A stretch of 64,000 nt of DNA from positions 89,652,001 through 89,716,000 of the forward strand of contig OZ024740.1 of assembly GCA_964016885.1 (NCBI GenBank), given 5' to 3'. Numbering within the stretch: the first letter of the stretch is position 1; the number at the start of each line of letters is the position of its first letter. Origin of the DNA: Eledone cirrhosa (taxonomy: Eukaryota). The notes beneath the pieces were generated by a model. It did not search any database. It was not told where the DNA came from and saw nothing but the letters and a program-made list of their open reading frames with translations. This document shows, in pieces, positions 1-10,714 of the stretch. The position numbers were made by a program, and so were the translations under genes.

Positions 1-959
1 ATGAAACATTAGGTATACTAAACCTGTAATCAGTTTGTGAATAGTAGTGGATTTTGAAGACAATATTATTCAGCTTATGCACCTCTTAGGATGATTAGAC
101 TATTATATCGCAATTCTGGTTAGTTCAAATTTTAGACTTTGATATATTTTTTTTATAGTTTTATATTGTGCTAGGTGGCTTTATTCACTAGACATTTCAA
201 TTAATTATTAAGCGAAATAATTATATCAGTTTTCTTTTTATGAGATATGGTTGCTATTATTGAAATAAGAATGTTTGTTGAAGTGTGTGTAAATGAATAT
301 GTCGCAAAATTATCTGACATTGACTTTGGCGAATAATTTTCCATCTACATTAGAAGATTACAGTGGTCACTTTATTATGCATATACATTATAATGCTGTT
401 AAGAACCTTAATTCCAATCTCAGTTTCTTCTTAACACATCGTTAATCCCACATTCTAAAAGTGAAGTGGAAATTGTTAAAAGCTTATTCGCAAAATACAT
501 GATTACGAAAATGATGAAAGAGTATTATCATAATGAATGTGTTTTAGAAAATCGGAAAAAAAATCACTGTTGAGATGTACAAAAAATCAACATTTTGAAT
601 TTGTAGTCACACGTCACTAAATCCATTTTACTGCAAGCAATGGATTTCGGGAAAACAACCCCCAGAATCATTTTTGTAGAAAACAAACGAAAATAGGTTT
701 AAGCAGGGATACCTTTTTCTAGAGAGAGAATTGTATTGTCAAGTATTTTACTTGCATACGATAATAAAATGGTAGTTAGGCTGCGAAACATGTCCCCATT
801 TTACTCCTAGTCAGCCATTAGAAATTATCCTACATCTATGGATTGCAAGGAGGTGACAATTTAGCGTTTTTATACCACCACTAATCTCTATGGAATGTTG
901 CAATTTTACATTCTAAACAAATCCATGTAAATATTATTATCCATATGCAGTTAAGGATT

Positions 960-1800
960 GTCAATAATTAAATGCAGTGTAATATCCCCTCTGATACATT
1001 CACATTGCTGCCTAAGTAAGTAAAATATTTCACATATTTCAGGTCATTGTTATTACTAGTGGCAAGCACATGGAAATCACAATCATCCATTTGTCCCTGC
1101 TTAACGTCATATAATTGTTTGGGAGGATGCTTTATTTGATGTACAATCTCCGTCTTCTTAATGCTTGATTTTAAATGATACGCCTGAAAGTCAAGCAAGA
1201 TATGATTCATCAATTATTGCTACTCTTCGAGGGATATATGTGGATCATCAGCAAACAGGCAATCAGGAATAACACGTGTTTCTGGAAGTTTTATATAATT
1301 AAATCACTGATGGATGAATAACCCACCTGAGCTACTGGAATTGAATCTGAAACCAGTGTCTATGTTGCGAATTGAAAATTATAGGAAATAACAAAGCAAA
1401 CGGAACAGGAGCCATGACGCCATCCTGCTTCGTGTTTGTAAAATTAAAGAACTCAGAATATTTGCCATTAATTGTTGACATTCAGCATATTTTAAGGTAT
1501 GCCAAGTGTTTGATGATTTTCCAGAGAGCTTTGCGATTGAAACAAGCGTTTGAAATGACTCAGTTCCACGAACTACAGACATAGCTATACCGTGGGATAA
1601 CAACATTAGCGATAGCTCGAAAGATGCATAGAAAATCATTCGTAAATCAATAATAATGTACTTAAATATATTTTGAGATAACATATATACCTTAACATTT
1701 ACCCGAAATCGAGAATCAAGCGATATACACCATAGTAATTTCAACATAACTGGTATCAGACACACACGTCAAAATCCAAGGTGATTGTTTTGATGTTTAA
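960..1800 (-). pseudogene. Highly decayed RTE/BovB-like LINE reverse transcriptase remnant
   Basis: Minus-strand frames give FTNTKQDGVMAPVPFALLF (cf. GVKQGCVLAPTLF), DCLFADD, LKSSIKKTEIVHQ and KYFTYLGS in RT motif order, with many stops and frameshifts. Confidence 0.6.
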
Positions 1801-2699
1801 AACCCATACTACAATGGTGGACATGATAACTTCGTCTCCTAACTAAATTATCTTCCATTTGTTGAATGAAATGTAAGGATGTCATAGCGAGTAAGTTCAA
1901 TCGGCTGAGAAAGTTGCTCGTGCTTATAATAATTAAGGTGTAACAGCGTGAATTTTTCAAATTGCTGTCGAAAACGTGAAAACGTCTTTTGAATCTTATC
2001 AATAATCGATAATCATGAGAACGTATGCAACAACTTATTTACTTACTGTATTCAAAAGAAATATTCCAATATTAAACATGTTTTTCTATCAAGACTAAGC
2101 TACTGGTTGATGTCAAGCGATAATTGACACAACCAAATAATCCGAGGTTTGCTGTCATTAATTTAAGTTATTACAGAACATCTGCATTCAGTTGATTTAA
2201 GTTTACATTTCAAACCCCATGTGATATACTTAGGCGTGTCATGACAACGTATTATTCTAAGTTTAGTTCATATAGAAAGTTTAATGATATATTAGAACGA
2301 ACCAGTTGAGAAGCGGCAAACTGGCACTGATTAAAACGTTGATGTTAAACAGGTACATTTAATGTATACATTGAAATACCATATTCGTGAATATCTAAAT
2401 GTCCATGCTTATATAGATCTCTCTCTAATTGTCCATCTATCTCTTCTTATTTCTTACTTCTCTGCTTTTGTTTTCTCCATATTTCCAGTCAAACTTAGGA
2501 GTGTGGGCTCGACCACCATATGTGCGCTGATACCCATCTATTTCCAGTCAGTGAGTTTATACGACTCTTTATTCTATTATATTTAGTTAAAATGTTACAG
2601 CGAAGCATTCTTTTCCAATTTCCAAAAACCGGTCAACACCATCTAATTATGCTTCGTATACATATATTTCTATCTAGGGTGGGTAAAATTCCAGAGATC

Positions 2700-3015
2700 C
2701 ATGGACGAGTTATCTCCAGCGGTATCTGTCCCTCATTATCGCTGCCATGTCCCGCGTCTCCAAGAGACCAGTTTCTCTCCTTAGGGCATCAACATATGTT
2801 AACATCGGTCTTCCTCTTCCAGTGTGTCCATGCAGGGGGCCCCAGAGGCGCACTGAGTGCAGTGTCAACTCTGGATGTCAGTGAGCATGTCCATCTGTGT
2901 CACTTTTGAGCTGACTTTTGGGAGCCTTCCGTACAGTTCTGAGTTCTTCTTCCTCAGTATATACTGATTAATGTTCAGAGCCATCCTCAGCATTCTCGTG
3001 TAGCACCCATCCACC
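2700..3015 (-). mobile_element. RTE-type LINE, 3' part of ORF (post-RT region)
   Basis: Minus strand reads VDGCYTRMLRMALNI...ELYGRLPKVSSK, typical of the RTE-clade C-terminal region. Confidence 0.7.
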
Positions 3016-3530
3016 ATCCGGGAGAGATACATTGGCTCCCTAGCTTTTTATTATCGCAGAGACTATTGTATGCGCCTTGCGCTGGAGAAACACCAGGACT
3101 CTGGCTTTACTCTAACACCGGCTCAGAGCAGAAGAGTTAAGGCGAAAAAGATATCGGATACTGAATTTGCCGACGGCATTATTTTGTGCCAGACTCAGTG
3201 AATGAGGCAGAGGATTTGATGCAGGAGGTGGAGACTGTGTCGATGAGTGTGGGGCTGAGAATAAATGAGATTAAGACGAAATATATGGTAGAGAATATTA
3301 AGAAGCCATAGAAAATTACTAATGTAAGCGGCAAGCAGCTAGAATTGGTTGAGGACTTCCTGTATTTGGGAGCAAAGATTGGGAATACGGAAGACGATGT
3401 GGCCGAGAGGAAGAGCAAAGCCTGGGCGGCACGCCACAGCGTGAGATCGGTGTGGAAGTCGGACCTTCGTAAAGACCTGAAGATCTGCCTCTTCGTTGCT
3501 GTAGTGGAGTCTGTGCTGCTGTACGTGTCT

Positions 3531-3536
<6 letters not shown>
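3016..3536 (+). mobile_element. RTE-type LINE RT fragment, inverted relative to the adjacent 3' part
   Basis: DTLAP, EFADG (FADD), GLRINEIKTKYM, FLYLG and VVESVLLYVSET; ends in (TA)n. Confidence 0.75.

Positions 3537-3627
<91 letters not shown>
3536..3627. repeat. (TA)n microsatellite
   Basis: Pure TA run. Other long TA runs lie at about 4590-4650, 7478-7522, 42340-42449 and 48933-49109. Confidence 0.98.
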
Positions 3628-3629
<2 letters not shown>

Positions 3630-3846
3630 TAAACGGAATAGAAAATGCTGACAAATTGTTCACAGTTGAAAAATGGTTTAATTAGGAATAACAGAGTATT
3701 AGCGATTGTATGGGTTAGTATTCAGTTGTGGTTTTAAGTTTTTAAATTTTTACCGGTTGCGCATTTCTAAATGCTTTTCAAAAATAATTTTGAGATAGAG
3801 TGTCCGTGCTGTTTGCTCTGATCTGATTAGTTTTGAGAATTCTACC

Positions 3847-4091
3847 TGTTTTTATGTTAAAAAGGTGGCTCCAGCGTTACTTTGGTGTTGCAAAAATTCT
3901 TGTGGTCAAAACAATTTTGATTGGTCGGTAGAGGTCATGGGAATGTAAAAAATTGATTTTGCGCCAAGACTGTTTTTATGTTAAAAAAGTGGCTCCAGCG
4001 CTACTTGGTGTTTGCATAAATTCTTGTGGTCAAAACAATTTTGATTGGTCGGTAGAGGTCATGTGAATAAAAAATTGGTTTTGCGCCAAGA
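3847..4091. repeat. Two-copy ~122 bp tandem duplication
   Basis: tgtttttatgttaaaaa...ggtcggtagaggtcatg...ttttgcgccaaga occurs at 3847-3970 and 3971-4091 with a few mismatches. Confidence 0.9.
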
Positions 4092-4204
4092 TTGAGAAAT
4101 GACTCTTTCACAACAAATATGTGTGTGTGTGTGTGTAGTAGTAGTAAGGTGTTCGATGTTGTGATAATGGTTAGCAGGGATGTGTGTCAAATGGCTATTA
4201 AGAT

Positions 4205-4241
<37 letters not shown>

Positions 4242-4586
4242 GCAGAGTAATTCGTGGTAGCAGGGATGGTCAGTAAGAATGTGTCTGAAAGCAAAAGATA
4301 TTTTTCAGCTTTTGTGTTATACGGAGAAGTGCGTGTGTGTGTATACGTCTCTTTGTATGTTAATGTACGCGTGTGTATGTGTGTGTGTATATATATGTGT
4401 GTGTGTGTATGTGGGTGGACCAGCATTTTTCCCCCTGGTAAAATGGTGTACATTATTCGATTTTTTCAGTAAAATCGGTTCTCTTAATAGAGCATCAAAA
4501 ATCTTAACAATAAAAGGTGTGAAATGATATTCACTATATATATATACACATACATACATTCACTACATATATATATATATACGCAC

Positions 4587-4657
<71 letters not shown>

Positions 4658-4785
4658 TACACATATATTTTTTTGTGTTGCACCATAGAGCATGTGTGTT
4701 TACGTATGTCATTGTGTTTATATGTGGGTAGAGATGTGTGCTGATGTAGGTATGTATGTTGACGTGTGTATGTTGTGGGTTCGTC

Positions 4786-6620
4786 TTAGGGAGAAGTGTT
4801 TAGACGGGGTCCGTATTTGTTAATGAAGTAAGATTCCTTGCTGATGCGCTGGGTGTGGGTGGCATTATCATTAAATTTGTAGAGGGGAAAGATTCTGAAG
4901 TTGGGATGATTTTGGGCGGCACAGGTATCAATGTGTTCACTCAGTGGCATTTTCCTGTATTCCCGTATTTTAATTTGGGATCTATGGACAGTCATGCGTT
5001 GGCGGAGGCTGTTTTTGGTCTGGCCTATGTATTATTCTCGACAACCTGAGCAAGTTAATACATATATTAGATTTTCCGATGCACATGTGAAATTGTGTTT
5101 TACTATAAAACGTTGTCCATCTTTGAAATAGAATTCCGAACCCTCTATTAGGTTGATGCAAATGCCACAGTTGGGTCTATCGCATTTTTTACTGTGGGTT
5201 TCGTTGTTGTGGTTGGCAGTATTTGGCATGTGTTAGGATGTTTTTCATTGACTTGGATTGTCTTTTGCTCTTTATGATAACGTGTGTTCGTAGAATTTGG
5301 TTCATTCTATGGTCCTTTTTCAACACAGGGATGTTCTGGAGGATGGTGTCAAAGGCCTCATTGTTGAGGGGGTTGTGTGTGGAGATGTATGGAAGAGCTT
5401 TTAGTTTCGGTTGATTTACTTTAGGGTGTCTAAGGTCCTGGGTACTGAGTTTTAGGGCACGTTGGATTCCATTGTCAATTAGTGATGCAGGGTAGTCCCT
5501 GCCTATGAGTGTGTCCTTTAGTTCTTGTAGCCGTAAGTAACAGATGTTTTTATTGGAGACTATAGTACAGATTATCTTGGCTAAGTTGTAGGGAATATTA
5601 ATTTTAACGTGTCTAGGGTGGCAAGAGTTGAAGGGGAGATATTGCTTGGAGTCTGTAGGCTTGTAGTATATGTCTGTTTCTATTTTTTTTGTTATGGATC
5701 TTAATGAGGATGTCGAGGAAGGGGAGTTGTTGATGGCTGTATTCCATCGTGAATTTAATATTCGTGTTGAGCCCATTTATAAGGGTGTGAAATTCTTTAA
5801 GTTTTTCGATGTTTTCGTGCCAAAGGATGAAGCAGTCATCTAGATATCGCTTCCAGTTCCTTTCAATGTGTAAGTGGAGGGTGTTTCCAAATTTGTTTAG
5901 GACTTTAGTGTAGAGGGTGATTTCCAGGTATCCCATGACTAGGTTGGCATCAGTGGGGGCTGTTTTCGTTCCCATAGCGGTCCCAGATTTCTACCTGTAG
6001 GGTTTGTTATTGAAAACGAAGTAGTTGTTCTCCAAGATAAATTTGAGTCCCTCTATCACGAATTCTTTTTTGATGCGTTGTTGGAGTTCGTTGTGGAAAT
6101 TATCCAGGAAGAATTGGATAGTTTCTATTCCTAGGTTGTGGGGGATGTTGGAGTATAGGTTGACTACATCGAACGTCACTAGTAGGGTTTGTTCAGAAAG
6201 TGGCATATTAGGGAGGTGATTGAGCATATCTAGGTCGTCCCTTATATAGCTTTTAATGTGTTTGAGGAAGGGTTTGAGAAAGGTATCAATGAAGTTGCTA
6301 AGACGGTGCGTTTCGCAAGCGGGACCTGCTATTATAGGTCTTAATTTGAGATCATTGGGTGAGGGTTCATTGATGACTATGTCTGTGGCTTCCTTGCATG
6401 CCTTACTTATTGATTCACTTTTATGTACTTTAGGGATACCGTAGAAAAGGCTGGATTTACTTGTGAAGTCTGTGATGAAGCTAAATTCCTTGTTAGTGAG
6501 TCCTTCTTTGTATTGGTTGATTAGAGTTTTTAGGTTTCTCATAATTTTCTGTTGATTGTAGTGTTCAGCCTTTTCGTAGTATGTTTCGTTTTCCAAAGTG
6601 GAGAGCGCTAAGTTGTAAGT
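4786..6620 (-). pseudogene. Penelope-like element (Neptune-like) RT + GIY-YIG ORF, frameshifted and 5'-truncated
   Basis: RPIIAG, FDVVNLYSNIP, GTAMG, RYLDD, PFLD, YYKPTD, SCHP, linker CDRPNCGIC and LIYVLTC..C..YIGQT. Split over ORFs 5991-6671, 5613-5975, 5189-5776, 5032-5229 and 4786-4995. Confidence 0.9.
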
Positions 6621-6700
6621 TATTCCGGGTTGAATCGGGGGTAACCAGACTAAATAAGGTACCCAATACATAGCAGAGTATAAATGTTTTAATATAGAAA

Positions 6701-6751
6701 AGCTTCTACAGGACTAGAGCTGTTTCATTCGTGAGAAATCATCAGGAAGCT
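6701..6751 (-). ncRNA. Type I hammerhead ribozyme motif
   Basis: Minus strand: agcttc-CTGATGA-t-ttc(tcac)gaa-t-GAAA-cag(ctctagtc)ctg-TA-gaagct. Stems I, II and III pair and the cleavage triplet is GUA. Lies just upstream of the PLE RT. Confidence 0.8.
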
Positions 6752-7375
6752 GATATATATAACTCTGCCTCTTGTTTCTCTACTCTCGCTGACCTGTTTT
6801 TCTCGCTCCCCGTTTCACCGTATACTTAGCCTCGTTCTTAATCATGTAACTGATGTTGTCAGCCTTTCTATCTGTTCCATTGCTACTACACATGCGTCTC
6901 GTGTTTCTCGCTTCGGTAGGTTTTTTTTCCGATTTTCTTCCGTTTATTCTTTCTTTGTTTCCCTTATGTTATATTTTTTTCTCTCTCTCAATTGTTTGCC
7001 TAATAACTACCTTTAGTTATTGACTCCTGGAGCTCCATATCCTGTCTTTAATGCGTAGAAATGTCCATGGTCTCCAGCAGACAACTGATGAATGGAAATT
7101 ATCCCCCGTTCCTGCTTTCTTCATATTTATAAATACACTTTATCCAGCAACAACACAGCCCCTGTTCCTTCACAAATGTATATATATATATAATCAGAAA
7201 GCGTTGAAGGGAGTTTGGAAATTGGAATAGTGTGCTCACCCGTAACATATAATTATATATGATTCCAGTTCCTCGGAGTACTAACAACAAACCCAGTATT
7301 GGACTTGTCGATGAATTGAATGGGTGGAACACATTGCAACACCATGTTTACCTGTAGTTTCTACATTAATTAGTA

Positions 7376-7428
7376 CTGCCCGATGATGTTATAGCCAATA
7401 ATAGCTGTCACTGAAATATATATAACAG
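7376..7428 (+). ncRNA. Degenerate minimal hammerhead motif
   Basis: ctg-c-CCGATGA-tgttatagc(caataata)gctgtcact-GAAA-tatata-TA-acag, with a palindromic stem III as in PLE-associated minimal hammerheads. Stems are imperfect. Confidence 0.5.
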
Positions 7429-7473
7429 AGAATTTATAATAAACGAAGCCAAATTTAACATGTTTGACTTATT

Positions 7474-7520
<47 letters not shown>

Positions 7521-7528
<8 letters not shown>

Positions 7529-7749
7529 CACCCTTTTACAAACTGTTATTTGTTTAGTTAAATTAGCCGGATTAAGAAGAAAAAATAGGTAACTGTTATC
7601 TAACATTTCTTCAAACTTTCAATTTTTATATATATATATATATATAAATTGAAAGTTTGAAGAAAAGTTAGATAACATTTACCTAATTTTTCTTCTTAAT
7701 CCGGATGAATTAACTAAACAAGTAACAGTTTGTAAAAGGGTGAAATTAT
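7521..7749. repeat. ~105 bp-arm inverted repeat centred on (TA)n
   Basis: ataatttcacccttttacaaactgtt...caaactttcaattt / aaattgaaagtttg...aacagtttgtaaaagggtgaaattat. Confidence 0.9.
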
Positions 7750-7959
7750 TATGTGGCTAGCGGCCAGATAGAAGAGTTGTGAAGGGTAGACTGGTGGTCA
7801 GTAAGGTTCATTCTCTGAAGAAGCAGTTAAGTGTGTGTGTGTGTGTATGTGTGTCTGTATGTGTATGTGTGTCTGTATGTGTGTGTGTGTATGTGTGTGT
7901 GTGTGCGTGTGTGTGTGCGTGTGTGTGAGTGTATGTGTATGTGTGTATTTGTTTGTCCT

Positions 7960-9050
7960 TGGTGTCATCTACCTCCAGAACACCTAAATATGTGTATCCA
8001 TCTTCAGTGTGAATTTCCTTTATCATCTCATCTATTGGTACCTAGATTCCGTTGCTTCTGCTCAATATACCCAGGTTACTCACTAGGACTCCACACTTGT
8101 TAACACCAAATTCCATACATATATCATTGCTGAAAATACGGACAGTGTCAACAAGTACATGCAACTCCTCTCTCTTCCCAAAGTGTTTAAGATCGTCCAT
8201 GAAGGGGAGGTGCTTGATGGTAAGCTCTCCTCTTCTCAGCTTGTATCCTGCTCTCACTTTTCGCAATATGACGGACAGAGATATCAGGGTAAGGACAAAC
8301 AACAAAGACGACAAACTATCTCCCTGGAAGTTACCTCTCTTGATCTTCAGGCCTCCAAAGAATTATCCACCTGATTTTAGCTCTTCATACTTTTAATCAA
8401 TAGCTGTCTGATGTTGTATGCCACCTTGAATATATCTAGGCTTTTTGGTTATCCAAGAAGAGTTACCATGTCGAATGCCTTTTTGTAGTCTATCCATCCC
8501 ATGGCAAGACCAGTGTGTCTCTTCTTGCAATCCCTCATTACCATCTTATCAAAAGTAACTGGTCTTTTTTACCACGGGACTTCTTTCGGCATACTTTCTG
8601 TTCGTCCGGTAACAAATTGTTTATGTGGCGGTGAAGGTAGATTTCCTCAGACACAATGCTTGTTAACAGTTTCCACATTACGGACAGACATGTGATAGGC
8701 CTACAGTTGGTAACATCATTACCCTTGATTTGGTCTTTCATTACCAGAACTGTGGTACCTTTGTCAACCACTCTGGTACTTCACCCGACATCAAGCAATC
8801 ATTGAACATAGTTGTCATTTTCGGGTGGAGGGATGTTATATTTGTAATCCAATACCCTTGCACACCATCTGAGCCTAGTGATTTCCAGTTGCTTATTTTT
8901 TTAGCCTGCCCTTTATGAGTTTCAACTGTGATACTCAAATCAGGTTGTTGGTGTGCTTGTTCACTAATCTCCTTTTGAACTGTCTTAATCCACTCTGCCT
9001 GGTCATTATGTTCAACATCCTGCTCCCATATTCCTCTCCAGAAAATCTTA
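7960..9050 (-). mobile_element. R4/Dong-type RLE LINE, RT fragment (same family as 15379-17933)
   Basis: [44 protein letters not shown] and YTYLG; bounded by (TAT)n at 9052-9068. Confidence 0.88.
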
Positions 9051-9068
9051 GTATTATTATTATTATTA

Positions 9069-10694
9069 CAGTTTCATTTATCTTGCTTTATGTTCATACG
9101 AGTTATCACCAAGTCACAACCAGTGACCTCAAGAGACAACAAGGTCCGCCAGGTTCAAGAAAGAACATACATACTCACACATGCATCTTTAGTGTTTAGA
9201 CTTGTGATGTAATTATATTGACAGTATCTTCTTAGTATATGGGCAGTTCCCATTAGTACTATCTTTTGTATTTCTCCTATACGCGGGTTTCCTGGGATTT
9301 GCGATAAGTAATCATTATACCCCTTAGGTATCATTCCCAGAGCGTCTACAACCACTGGTATTGTTTTAGTTCTCAATTTCCACATTTTTCCAGTATCTAT
9401 CTCCAGGTCCTTATACTTGCTCAATTTTTCTAATGTTTTTATAGATACATTCTTGTCTATTGGAACGGACATATCAATTAGCAGGCATACCCTCCTTTTA
9501 AAGTCCTTCAATATTATATCAGGTCTATTTGCATCTATTTTTCGGTCTGTTTGGATGGTAAAGTTCCACAAGATTGAGATGTGATCTTTTTCAAGTATGG
9601 GAGGTGGTTGATACTCCCACCAATTCTTTTGATGGGGCAGGTCAAAATGCTTACACATTATCCAATGTATGTATTGTGCAGCTCTGTCATGCCTGTTTAG
9701 GTATTCGGTTGGAGCTATAGGACTGCACATTGAAATTATATGGTCAATCGTCTCTGGTTGTTTTTTGCGTACACAGCATAATGGGCTGCATCCATTTTTT
9801 ATTATGTTGGCTTGGTAATTTTTTGTTGGCAGACACTCATCTTGTGCTGATATAATCAGTCCTTCAGTCTCCGATTTCAGTGCAGAGGATTCCAACCACT
9901 GATGGGTTAAATGTTTGTCAACATCAGGATTGTTAGCTCGCTCTGGGTATTTTCCATACAGAGGCTTTTCTTTCCATTTCTTAACCAGTTTCTGTAGCAG
10001 TTCTTTCTTTGCAGTTACTTTTACCTGCTTTGCTTTTTCTGTGTTTTCCATTTCAGCAGTAAATGGGACTTCTGAAATTTGTAGTCCATTACTGTATCTT
10101 TGTGCATCTTTTGTAATGGAATATGATTTTTGATGCTTTCGTGTTTCAAAACGAGTTTGATCATCCAATCATGTGATTCCCTTAGATATGTAGATAATCC
10201 AATTGTTGCAGTTTTCAAGGCAATGTCTAACTGGATTAACCCACGTCCTCCTTCTTTCCTAGGGAGATATATTCTATCTATATCTGCCTTAGCATGATGC
10301 ATTATGTGCATGGTTAAGAATTTTCGAATTTTTGTATCGAGCCTACGGATCTCTGTGCTTGACCAGTTGATGACATTGTAACTGTAGGTTACTACTGGTA
10401 TGGCAAGCGTGTTTATGGCATCGATCCTATTCCTTGCATTCAATTCCGTTCTTAAGATTGCTCTTACTCTGCGGTAACATTCCTTCCTTATCCTTTACCT
10501 CATTGTTGAGTGCTTGATTCCGTCTCCTTCACAAACACCTAGATATTTGTAAGTTTTTTCTGGATCAAGTTCTCTTATCACGTTCCCCCGATCAAGATTA
10601 ATGTCTGAACTCTTCAGCAGCTTTCCTCTGGTGAACGCTGCTTTGGCGCATTTATCTAGTTCATTTGGCGCATTTATCTAGTCCATTTATCTAG
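9069..10694 (-). mobile_element. R4/Dong-type RLE LINE, second family, 5'-truncated with intact 3' end
   Basis: YKYLG, RKEGGRGL, CCHC (C..ETIDHIISMC), RHD and RLE motif RPDIIL..LIDMSVP..KLSKYKDL. The 3' UTR runs into (TAA)n. Confidence 0.9.
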
Positions 10695-10714
10695 TTATTA
10701 TTATTATTATTATT

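Noticed and set aside
3628-3735. Possible hammerhead/pLTR end of the Neptune-like element (ctgaata on the minus strand)
   Set aside because: No GAAA core or stems could be assigned; too degenerate to call.
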